Shown piece by piece: positions 1 through 7,646 of a stretch of DNA of 64,000 nucleotides (position 1 is the stretch's first letter; each line of letters starts with the position of its first letter). The translations under genes and the position numbers were made by a program. The notes below the pieces were generated by a model, which saw only the letters and a list, made by a program, of their open reading frames with translations, was not told where the DNA came from and did no database searches. Source of the DNA: Candidatus Collierbacteria bacterium RIFOXYD2_FULL_45_13 (GTDB lineage Bacteria; Patescibacteriota; Microgenomatia; UBA1400; MFAQ01); assembly GCA_001774685.1 (NCBI GenBank), contig MFAS01000001.1, forward strand, positions 287,557 through 351,556. Reading direction: 5' to 3'.

Positions 1-114
1 GATACCTTTATCCAGGTGAGCCACTTGCTTGTCCCGAAAGTATCGAGGTGGTTAAATATGTCCGTCTTGCCCAAAACGATACCTATCACATCCAAGAGGG
101 CAGTTGTCAAGTGA
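1..114 (+). CDS. 3' end of an unidentified upstream gene (partial, runs off window start)
   Basis: Open frame from the window edge to TGA at 112-114 (..SRWLNMSVLPKTIPITSKRAVVK*), followed by a hairpin and then the alaS promoter. No recognisable motif. Confidence 0.25.
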   Translation, partial: DTFIQVSHLLVPKVSRWLNMSVLPKTIPITSKRAVVK

Positions 115-135
115 TCTCGCAGTAACCCAATCAAA

Positions 136-165
136 CCCGATCTTCCAGGTCGGGCTTTCTATTTT
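136..165 (+). terminator. weak hairpin (cccga/tcggg) followed by T-rich tract
   Basis: cccgatcttccaggtcggg then ctttctattttt. The T-run is separated from the stem, so this is weak. Confidence 0.3.
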
Positions 166-203
166 TACACGATCTTCTACACTCACATAAGTCTTAATGA
201 GCT

Positions 204-212
204 TGCTATAAT
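204..212 (+). promoter_or_regulatory. extended -10 promoter TGCTATAAT for alaS (near-leaderless, ATG at 223)
   Basis: TGnTATAAT match 10 nt upstream of the alaS ATG. No Shine-Dalgarno. Confidence 0.45.
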
Positions 213-222
213 TTGTCTGAAC

Positions 223-2058
223 ATGACCATACACGACATTAGACAAAAATACTTCGACTTTATGGAATCGAAGGGGCATAAAATCATTCCTTCTAGTCCG
301 CTTGTCTTGGAAGGCGACGCCACGACTCTATTTACCTCTTCCGGGATGCAACCCATGATGCCCTATTTACTCGGACAAAAACATCCGTTAGGTACCAGAC
401 TAGTCGACTCCCAAAAATGTTTTCGTTCTCAAGATATCGACGAAGTCGGGGATAATCGTCACACCACCTTTTTTGAAATGTTGGGCAATTGGTCCCTTGG
501 TGATTATTTTAAAAAGGAACAGCTGGCATATTTCTTCGCTTTTTTAACGGACAAAAAAATAGGTCTCGGTCTTGACCCCCATCGACTCTACGTTTCTGTC
601 TTCGCCGGAGGGTCCGGTGTTGACAAAGATGACGATGCCATCATGATCTGGCAGAATCTATTCGCCAAAGTCGGCATCCAGGCCAAAGAGGGTCAGCGGA
701 TTTTCCCTTACCCGGCCAAAAAGAATTGGTGGTCGCGCACTGGAATACCGGAACAGATGCCGGCGGGGGAGCCGGGTGGTCCTGATAGTGAAGTCTTCTT
801 CGACTTTGGTGCAGAAAGAAATCTCCACGAAAATTCACCATGGAAAAACGAATCTTGTCACATCAACTGTGATTGTGGACGCTTCGTGGAGATCGGCAAC
901 AATGTTTTTATGCAATATGTCAAACAGGCTGATGGAACCCTCAAAGAACTTCCTCAAAAAAATATTGATTTCGGCGGAGGTCTCACCCGTCTCGAGGCCG
1001 CTGTCCGAGACGATCCGGACATGTTTAACATTTCTTCTCTGGCTCCGGTAATACAAGAAATCGAAAAAATTTCTGAACATTCATACTCACAAGAGGGTCA
1101 CCGCCCGTCCATGCGCGTCATTGCCGATCACCTAACAGCCGCTTCCTTTCTCATCAAAGACGGCATCTTCCCCAGTAATAAGGGCCAAGGTTATGTTCTC
1201 CGCCGCCTTCTCCGCCGAGCAGCCATCAAGCTGTACTTCTTGACCGACAACCGCGAATCAATCGTCAAACTTCCGGACATAGTCAGGGTGATAACTCAGT
1301 TTTATGGCGAACCCTATTTTAGTCCCGATGACTATCCTTTAATTCAGAATACTATTACTGTCGAAATCTCTAAGTTTAGCCACTCCTTAGACAGGGGACT
1401 AAAGGAACTCCAAAAAAATCCCCAGGTCGATGGTAAATTTGCCTTTGACCTTTATCAAAACTACGGTTTCCCTCTAGAAGTCACCGCCGAGATCCTTTCC
1501 CAGATGGGTAAACAAGTTGACATCCAACAGTTCCAAAAGGAATTCGAAAAGCACAAAGAGCTCAGTCGCACCGCCTCTGCCGGTATGTTCAAGGGGGGCC
1601 TTGCCGATCACTCTGATGTTGTAACCGCCTACCACACTGCCACCCATCTGTTGCATGCCGCCCTCCGTCAAATCCTGGGTACTCACGTCCAACAAAAGGG
1701 CAGTAATATCACTTCCGAAAGATTGAGATTTGATTTTTCTCACCCGGAAAAATTATCCGACATCCAAATCAAAGCAGTCCAAGATTTAATCAATCAAGAA
1801 ATTTCCGAGAGACTTACTGTTACCAGAGAAGAACTTCCTAAAGAAAAAGCCTTGGCTCAAGGTGCTCTTGCTTTTTTCGGTCAAAAATACCCCGAAAAAG
1901 TCACTGTATATACCATTGGAGACAAGAAACATTTCTTTTCCAAAGAGCTTTGTGGTGGACCACATGTGGAAAGTCTGGCAGAACTTGCTAAGATAAATAT
2001 AGTCAAACAAGAATCTCTTGGAGCCGGAACGCGCCGTCTCTATTTACAATTTGTTTGA
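223..2058 (+). CDS. alaS: alanine--tRNA ligase, short form (611 aa) lacking the C-terminal domain
   Basis: N-terminus FTSSGMQP, RHTTFFEMLGNWSLGDYFK (class II AlaRS catalytic motifs). Editing domain HxxxH (HTATHLLHAAL) and CGGPHV. Ends after the editing domain. Confidence 0.9.
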   Translation: MTIHDIRQKYFDFMESKGHKIIPSSPLVLEGDATTLFTSSGMQPMMPYLLGQKHPLGTRLVDSQKCFRSQDIDEVGDNRHTTFFEMLGNWSLGDYFKKEQLAYFFAFLTDKKIGLGLDPHRLYVSVFAGGSGVDKDDDAIMIWQNLFAKVGIQAKEGQRIFPYPAKKNWWSRTGIPEQMPAGEPGGPDSEVFFDFGAERNLHENSPWKNESCHINCDCGRFVEIGNNVFMQYVKQADGTLKELPQKNIDFGGGLTRLEAAVRDDPDMFNISSLAPVIQEIEKISEHSYSQEGHRPSMRVIADHLTAASFLIKDGIFPSNKGQGYVLRRLLRRAAIKLYFLTDNRESIVKLPDIVRVITQFYGEPYFSPDDYPLIQNTITVEISKFSHSLDRGLKELQKNPQVDGKFAFDLYQNYGFPLEVTAEILSQMGKQVDIQQFQKEFEKHKELSRTASAGMFKGGLADHSDVVTAYHTATHLLHAALRQILGTHVQQKGSNITSERLRFDFSHPEKLSDIQIKAVQDLINQEISERLTVTREELPKEKALAQGALAFFGQKYPEKVTVYTIGDKKHFFSKELCGGPHVESLAELAKINIVKQESLGAGTRRLYLQFV

Positions 2059-2070
2059 CAAGGCAACTGT

Positions 2071-4236
2071 GTGAACCTAGTCAACTTATTTGGTAATAAA
2101 TCAAAAGCACCCGAACCAGAATATTTCCTGGCTGTAGAAATTCACGAATCCCTAATCAAGACCGCACTCTGGGAAATTCTTGAAGGTCAACCGGAAATCG
2201 TCAACGTCGGGTCTTACGAGTCGTGGACGGATGAAGATTCGCTAATCAACGGTGTCGATTCGTCTTTGGAACAAGCCATCAAGGTTATTAAAGGCCAGCC
2301 CAAGCGAGTCATTTTTGGACTTCCCGACTCCTGGATGGAGCAAGACAAGATTCATGCCACCAAAACCAAATTAATTACTCACCTCTGTAAGGAGCTGGGT
2401 CTTGATCCGATCGGTGTTGTCACCACGAACCGTGCAGTTGCCCATTATTTGAAGAAGCGAGAGGGTATGCCGCCGACAGTGATTCTCTTGGAAGTCTATA
2501 CTTCTAAGGTTGCCGTTTCCTACGTTTATCTTGGCGAAGTCAAACAAACCGAAGAGGCGGCCCGGTCCGGGGACCTGGCTCATGACGTTGAGGAGGGTTT
2601 GACGAGAATGGACCTCCCGAACTATCCTGCCAGGTTTATTTTAACGAATGGAAACAGCCTGGAAGAAGAGTCGCAACAAATCACTGCCTTTCCTTGGACG
2701 GATCGTTTGCCTTTTAAACATATACCAAAGGTCGAAGTCCTACCGATTGACTTTTCTATTAAGTCAATTGCTCTCACCGGCGGAGTCGAAGCTGTTCAGT
2801 TCTTGGGAATGGAGGTGGTCGAAGATGAATCCCCCAACGCCACCGTAGGTGATGATTCAAACTTGGTCATACCGGTAGAAACTCCCTCATCTATGGAAGA
2901 GATCGGCTTTGCCTATGAAGAAACTTCAGCCCCTGCTGACATCCCCGTTGCTCCGTCGACACCGGAGGTCGTCTCCGACGATGATTCTTCCCCGGAAATC
3001 TCCGAAGATGAACCGGAGTACGCCTTTTCCGATGAAGTTGCCCCTCCCCAGAAACCGCGTTTGGCAATCAAACTTCCCCGGATTCCCAAATACTCCCTTC
3101 CTTCGTTGCCTCATTTCGGTTTTTCTTGGTTGTTTCTCTTGGCCATTCCGGCTGTTCTGATTATCGTCTTTATTGGGTATCTATTCTTTGGTCAAGTCCA
3201 GATTACCATTCATTTCGACCCTCAGAAGATTAGCCGCCAGATTGGTATTGCCATAGCCGAGTCATCCCAGTCGGGAATTCCAACTCTTATAGCTACCAAA
3301 AAAACCTTTACCGGCTCTGCCACCGAATCAGTGCCCACTACGGGAACGGCGACGGTCGGAGATAAAGCCTCGGGGACAATTACCATAGCCAATAAGTCAG
3401 TTGCCCCAATCGTCCTTAAAGCGGGTACTGCAATCACCAACGATACCGGGAAATATGTCTATACTTTGGTCAGTCCCGTAACGGTAGCTTCAGCCAGCTC
3501 AGATCCGATAGATCCCGTATCCGGCAAAGCTAATGGAGTTCAGGTGACCGCTGTTCGTATCGGTGCCGAGTACAACCTAACCAAAAATACAATCTTTTCT
3601 GTCGATAATTTTTCCAAATCCATTGCCGCCGCCATCGCCGAATCTGACTTTACTGGCGGGACTTCGAGAACTGTCAACGCTGTTTCCAAAGCAGATCAGG
3701 ATAAAGTTCTGGCTACCGCTACCGAGAAGATAAAGTCACAGGTCAAGGTCGATTCCGAAATACAAACTCCCGGCTTCAAAACCCTTCCTCTGTCAGACAT
3801 CCAATTTACCAAAAAACAATTCGATCACAATCTTAACGAAGAAGCAACTTCCGTAAGCTTGGTTCTGGAAGGCTCCCTTGAGGCTCTGGTCTACTCCGAA
3901 AACGATCTTTACTCCCTGACCATAGAGCAGATCAAAGACCAAATCCCTTCAGGCTCGTCAACCACTCGAGAGTCCACTGTAATCCACGTCGAAAACCCCA
4001 CCAAGGTAGATGGGAGTTATCAGGCCAAAGTAATTATCGAGGCACCTCTATTTCCCGGAATTGACGAAAACAAACTAGCTGGGTATATCAAAGGTAAACC
4101 TACTGCTAGCATCCGCCACTTTTTTGAACCTATTAGTGGTTTTACTTCCGCGGATGTCAAAATCTACCCTCCGATTCCTTTTATCACCAAAATTCTTCCC
4201 CTAAAGAATATCAAGTTTGAGCTAATTGGGAACTAA
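2071..4236 (+). CDS. hypothetical bitopic membrane protein: cytoplasmic N-domain, acidic Pro/Ser-rich linker, single TM, about 350-aa extracytoplasmic domain
   Basis: GTG start 12 nt after the alaS stop. One hydrophobic helix (FGFSWLFLLAIPAVLIIVFIGYLFF) mid-protein. Linker rich in D/E/P/S. The N-domain is only faintly FtsA/PilM-like (LAVEIHESLIKTALWEI), which is not firm. Immediately followed by a sortase gene. Confidence 0.6.
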   Translation: MNLVNLFGNKSKAPEPEYFLAVEIHESLIKTALWEILEGQPEIVNVGSYESWTDEDSLINGVDSSLEQAIKVIKGQPKRVIFGLPDSWMEQDKIHATKTKLITHLCKELGLDPIGVVTTNRAVAHYLKKREGMPPTVILLEVYTSKVAVSYVYLGEVKQTEEAARSGDLAHDVEEGLTRMDLPNYPARFILTNGNSLEEESQQITAFPWTDRLPFKHIPKVEVLPIDFSIKSIALTGGVEAVQFLGMEVVEDESPNATVGDDSNLVIPVETPSSMEEIGFAYEETSAPADIPVAPSTPEVVSDDDSSPEISEDEPEYAFSDEVAPPQKPRLAIKLPRIPKYSLPSLPHFGFSWLFLLAIPAVLIIVFIGYLFFGQVQITIHFDPQKISRQIGIAIAESSQSGIPTLIATKKTFTGSATESVPTTGTATVGDKASGTITIANKSVAPIVLKAGTAITNDTGKYVYTLVSPVTVASASSDPIDPVSGKANGVQVTAVRIGAEYNLTKNTIFSVDNFSKSIAAAIAESDFTGGTSRTVNAVSKADQDKVLATATEKIKSQVKVDSEIQTPGFKTLPLSDIQFTKKQFDHNLNEEATSVSLVLEGSLEALVYSENDLYSLTIEQIKDQIPSGSSTTRESTVIHVENPTKVDGSYQAKVIIEAPLFPGIDENKLAGYIKGKPTASIRHFFEPISGFTSADVKIYPPIPFITKILPLKNIKFELIGN

Positions 4237-4989
4237 ATGTTGTACAGCTATCGCAAGGCCACCCCGGATAATCCACATCCGGGCAGGCGCATACCTCGCT
4301 ATTTAAAAACCATTCCTACCTTGGTGTCTGCCTTGGGACTAGGGATACTCGCTGGCGTTGCCTATCCGGTCGTCAGTTATCAGTTCAAAGACATCAAACT
4401 TTTTAGCTCTTCTGATTCCGGCTTACTCTCCCCCGTTTATTATCAATCAAAGGCAGAAGACAACTCCTCTCCTGTTATCGTCAATGGTTTGGATTACACC
4501 AAAGCCAGTAGTTGGTTCCCGGGTAGTATTCAAAACGAATTTTTTTCTGCTCAAACGCCCGCCACAGACAACTCTCCGGATTCATATACTCTTTCTATTC
4601 CCTCACTCGGAATTATCAATGCACAAGTCGCCATTCGGGACGAAGATCTGACCAAACATTTAGTGCAGTACCCTCAGACAGCTCTTCCCGGTCAAATTGG
4701 CTCTCCGGTGATCTTTGGTCACTCTACACTGCCTCAGTTCTTTGATCCCCAAAAATACACCACGATCTTTTCAACGTTACCAAAAGTCAAAGTCGGCTCC
4801 GATGTTTTTATTACCTACGACGGTATCGAGTATACCTATCGTATTACCAAGACCTTTGAGGTCAAGCCCAATGAGTTGTGGGTTCTCCGACAGGACTACT
4901 CGGATAAAACCCTCAAGGTCATTACTTGTGTACCACCCGGCACCACCCTCCGGCGCCTGATTGTCGAAGGCACCCTCATCAACAACTAG
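4237..4989 (+). CDS. sortase family transpeptidase
   Basis: N-terminal TM anchor. Catalytic triad context: GHS..(His), LKVITCVPPGT (TLxTC Cys motif), RRL (Arg). Start abuts the previous stop. Confidence 0.75.
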   Translation: MLYSYRKATPDNPHPGRRIPRYLKTIPTLVSALGLGILAGVAYPVVSYQFKDIKLFSSSDSGLLSPVYYQSKAEDNSSPVIVNGLDYTKASSWFPGSIQNEFFSAQTPATDNSPDSYTLSIPSLGIINAQVAIRDEDLTKHLVQYPQTALPGQIGSPVIFGHSTLPQFFDPQKYTTIFSTLPKVKVGSDVFITYDGIEYTYRITKTFEVKPNELWVLRQDYSDKTLKVITCVPPGTTLRRLIVEGTLINN

Positions 4990-5005
4990 TCGATATAATC
5001 AAACA

Positions 5006-5398
5006 ATGCCCACAATTCTCTGTCTTGACCCAGGAACCGCTCACACCGGCATCGCTATCTCCGAAGAGGGGGTACTCGCCACACCTGTTACCACCATCTA
5101 CGAAAAGGATCTCGGTCAATTGGTTACCAAGATTTTGCCCTATCTCCGCAAATACAACCCAGATAGAATCGTCATCGGTGTTCCCGAATATGGGCCGATT
5201 GTGCAGTTCGCTACGGACCTTAGTGAAAAAATATATGCCAATTTTCCCAAACAAATTGTATTTTTTCGTGAAGACCTCAGCTCTCACGCCGCCAGACACG
5301 TCTTGAAGGCTCAGGGAAAAACGTTACTGAGACGTAAAAAAGAAGAGCATCAAACCGCCGCCGCCCTCATCCTCCAAGACCACCTCGACTCACTATAA
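5006..5398 (+). CDS. ruvX: Holliday junction resolvase-like YqgF/RuvX
   Basis: ILCLDPGTAHTGIAISE N-terminal RNase H-fold motif typical of YqgF. Start taken at the ATG at 5006, just after the sortase stop, rather than the upstream TTG used by the ORF track. Confidence 0.8.
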   Translation: MPTILCLDPGTAHTGIAISEEGVLATPVTTIYEKDLGQLVTKILPYLRKYNPDRIVIGVPEYGPIVQFATDLSEKIYANFPKQIVFFREDLSSHAARHVLKAQGKTLLRRKKEEHQTAAALILQDHLDSL

Positions 5399-5459
5399 CG
5401 CTTCTCTCATTCAGAGTATCGGGTCCGAAACCAACCGAAATACTTCAACCATACTGTTT

Positions 5460-5468
5460 TGATACAAT
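5460..5468 (+). promoter_or_regulatory. extended -10 promoter TGATACAAT, 6 nt upstream of ATG (leaderless configuration)
   Basis: TGnTAnAAT ending 6 nt before the ATG at 5475. No SD sequence. Confidence 0.4.
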
Positions 5469-5474
5469 CTATTT

Positions 5475-5681
5475 ATGTTCAAGAATATTATTGCTCCGGT
5501 ACAGGCTTGGCTTCTCTCACGAGGCGTTTGCGTCGGCTGTGGTACACCATTAACAGATGGTCAAAGTAAACCTTCCACCAAGGTTAAAGATTGCGACCAG
5601 GTTACCTGCAAGTGTGGCCGGGTTTTTGTTTATAATCCCAAGACCAACACCTATCGCCGTGCTCTCTTGAGCGAAATATAA
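5475..5681 (+). CDS. small zinc-ribbon protein (CxxC...CxC), hypothetical
   Basis: 68 aa with CVGCG...CKCG cysteine pairs. Compact spacing within the operon. Confidence 0.5.
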   Translation: MFKNIIAPVQAWLLSRGVCVGCGTPLTDGQSKPSTKVKDCDQVTCKCGRVFVYNPKTNTYRRALLSEI

Positions 5682-5686
5682 AGATT

Positions 5687-6673
5687 ATGTTTAAGCGATT
5701 TTTCACCGCTTTAACCATACTCGCCGTCTTGTTTTTTGCCTGGTATTTTCAGTCGATTCAGCCTGTTTCCCGCAGTACCGGCCCACTCATTGATTTTGAG
5801 GTTAAACCAGGTGCTGGGGTAGATAGAATCGCCAATGATCTAAGTAGTGCCAGACTAATCCGTTCCCGTGTCGGCTTCAAGATTACCGTTATCCGTTTAG
5901 GCATTGCCAACAAAATTCAGGCAGGTCTCTTCAAGCTTTCACCTTCTATGAGTGCGACAGAACTGGCGGAGGCTCTCACTCATGCATATGCCCGCCAAAT
6001 CCGAGTTACCATTCCCGAAGGTCTCAGAAGCGAGGAAATTAACTTACTTTTTGAAAAAGCTTTTAGTCAAGTTAAAGAGAACATATACAACCCGGCCGAG
6101 TTTACCCGTCAAACCAAGAACTTGGAAGGTTACCTCTTCCCCGACACTTATGATTTTGTCCCCGAAGCCACTGCCTCGGACATAGTCAAACGTCTCACCG
6201 GCCGTTTTAATGACGTTGTTAGTGACTTAAACATTTCCAAAGAAGACCTCCCACGCGCACTCATTCTGGCTTCCCTTCTGGAAAGAGAAGCTTTTTCTGC
6301 CCCCGAAATGCCCTTGGTGTCCGGAGTTATTGTAAAGCGTTTAAACATCGGCATGGCTTTACAGATAGATGCTACGGTTCAATACGCCGTTGGTTCTGCC
6401 CGATGTAAACAAATTGACTGTGACTGGTGGAAGAAAATTCTGACCAAGGACGATCTGAAACTAAGCTCTCCCTACAACACCTATCAGAACCCGGGTCTGC
6501 CCCCAACACCAATTTCCAATCCCGGTAAAGACGCCCTATCTGCCGCGGTCAAACCGGTCATTGGAACCGCATTGTATTACCTTCACGACTCCGATGGCAA
6601 AATTCACTTTGCCGACACCTTACCGCAGCACAATCAAAACATCTGCACCTATCTCAAAAAAGACTGTAGGTAA
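5687..6673 (+). CDS. mltG: endolytic murein transglycosylase MltG/YceG
   Basis: N-terminal TM, hallmark YLFPDTYDF motif, C-terminal YceG-like region. Confidence 0.85.
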   Translation: MFKRFFTALTILAVLFFAWYFQSIQPVSRSTGPLIDFEVKPGAGVDRIANDLSSARLIRSRVGFKITVIRLGIANKIQAGLFKLSPSMSATELAEALTHAYARQIRVTIPEGLRSEEINLLFEKAFSQVKENIYNPAEFTRQTKNLEGYLFPDTYDFVPEATASDIVKRLTGRFNDVVSDLNISKEDLPRALILASLLEREAFSAPEMPLVSGVIVKRLNIGMALQIDATVQYAVGSARCKQIDCDWWKKILTKDDLKLSSPYNTYQNPGLPPTPISNPGKDALSAAVKPVIGTALYYLHDSDGKIHFADTLPQHNQNICTYLKKDCR

Positions 6674-6678
6674 CAAAA

Positions 6679-6705
6679 AACCGGTGGCATTTCTGCACAC
6701 CGGTT
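6679..6705. terminator. bidirectional intrinsic terminator (aaccggtg/caccggtt stem); strong T-run on minus strand
   Basis: 8-bp perfect stem with a 9-nt loop. The minus-strand reading is followed by TTTTTTG. Sits between convergent mltG and the membrane-protein genes. Confidence 0.55.
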
Positions 6706-6710
6706 TACAT

Positions 6711-7034
6711 CTATTTCTCATCACGCATCCAAGATAACTTTCTTTTTTCCAGTTCTGCCCGAAAAGCCTCTTCGTTGAGGCGGATCGAGAGCAGGTCCCA
6801 TTTGAGTTCGTAGCGAACACGGGCAAGGAATTCAAGGTTCACTCCAAATCTTTCCGCAGTACGGTTCATCGCCCAGTATTCCACACCGAATCGCACGGCG
6901 ACCGTCAGAAACGCTAATCCAAAAGCCCAGGGTACCGCCCAGAAATTCCACAAATTAAAAACATGTATTACGACAGTCAGAAGAGTCATTCGTATCGCTA
7001 AAGATCGAATCGCTCCCAGCCAAAACCTTTTCAT
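6711..7034 (-). CDS. small membrane protein, hypothetical
   Basis: 107 aa, two predicted TM helices, AGGAGA RBS 6 nt upstream of ATG on the minus strand. Confidence 0.55.
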   Translation of the reverse strand: MKRFWLGAIRSLAIRMTLLTVVIHVFNLWNFWAVPWAFGLAFLTVAVRFGVEYWAMNRTAERFGVNLEFLARVRYELKWDLLSIRLNEEAFRAELEKRKLSWMRDEK

Positions 7035-7052
7035 TATTGTCTCCTGGTTGGT

Positions 7053-7418
7053 TTATAGCTTCTTCCTTGCACGGTAGTCATTTAGATCACGATAAAAAGA
7101 CTTCGTGTCCCACTCGATGGGCTTCTGGCGACTCTTATATTTGTGGACACAGACCATCTTCACGGCCTCAGTATACTCAATGGCATACAAATCCAACACT
7201 TGGTTGATTCGCACCCATGTGCCGACGAGCGTAGTTACAAATTTCAGCACACAAGCAAATCCTACCGCCGCCACAAATCCCAGCAAAAGTGAACTAAAAG
7301 CTATTCCCGTCAGGCTGTTCACCACCAACAATATTGGGACAACGCTGAAACTCAACAGCATGCATGTAGCCAGTAGCATGAAAGCATCATACAGAGCTAC
7401 CTTTACGATCTTTTTCAT
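7053..7418 (-). CDS. small membrane protein, hypothetical
   Basis: Start chosen at MKKIVKV, preceded by a GGAGGA RBS on the minus strand. Multiple hydrophobic helices. Confidence 0.55.
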   Translation of the reverse strand: MKKIVKVALYDAFMLLATCMLLSFSVVPILLVVNSLTGIAFSSLLLGFVAAVGFACVLKFVTTLVGTWVRINQVLDLYAIEYTEAVKMVCVHKYKSRQKPIEWDTKSFYRDLNDYRARKKL

Positions 7419-7521
7419 ATTTGGCACTCCTCCAGACAAAATGTGAACGTTCGTTTCTCGCCATATTATATACTATTATAAGATGATTGTCCACTATCTG
7501 ACCAAGTTCTCAATCTCCGTG

Positions 7522-7550
7522 TTGACAGCAAGCTAATTCAGCCCTATACT
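7522..7550 (+). promoter_or_regulatory. sigma70-type promoter TTGACA-17-TATACT upstream of rpoB
   Basis: Perfect -35 TTGACA, 17-nt spacer, -10 TATACT, about 95 nt upstream of the rpoB ATG. Confidence 0.5.
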
Positions 7551-7646
7551 ACACACACTGCTCTAAACTTGGCTGGGCTTTTTGCCAGTCAGGTTTTTGT
7601 ATGTTGTCCATTGTTATTTACTCCTGCCTAAATCCAAAAAATCCGG

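Noticed and set aside
52-279. 75-aa minus-strand ORF overlapping the alaS promoter and start
   Set aside because: Antisense to the alaS start and promoter, with no RBS and no conserved features. The plus-strand frame ending at 114 followed by a hairpin explains this region better.
2071-3000. FtsA/PilM actin-like ATPase assignment for the N-domain of the 721-aa membrane protein
   Set aside because: Similarity is limited to a LAVEIHESLIKTALWEI segment resembling the first beta-hairpin of actin-fold ATPases. No phosphate-binding motifs could be confirmed. Kept only as a speculative note.
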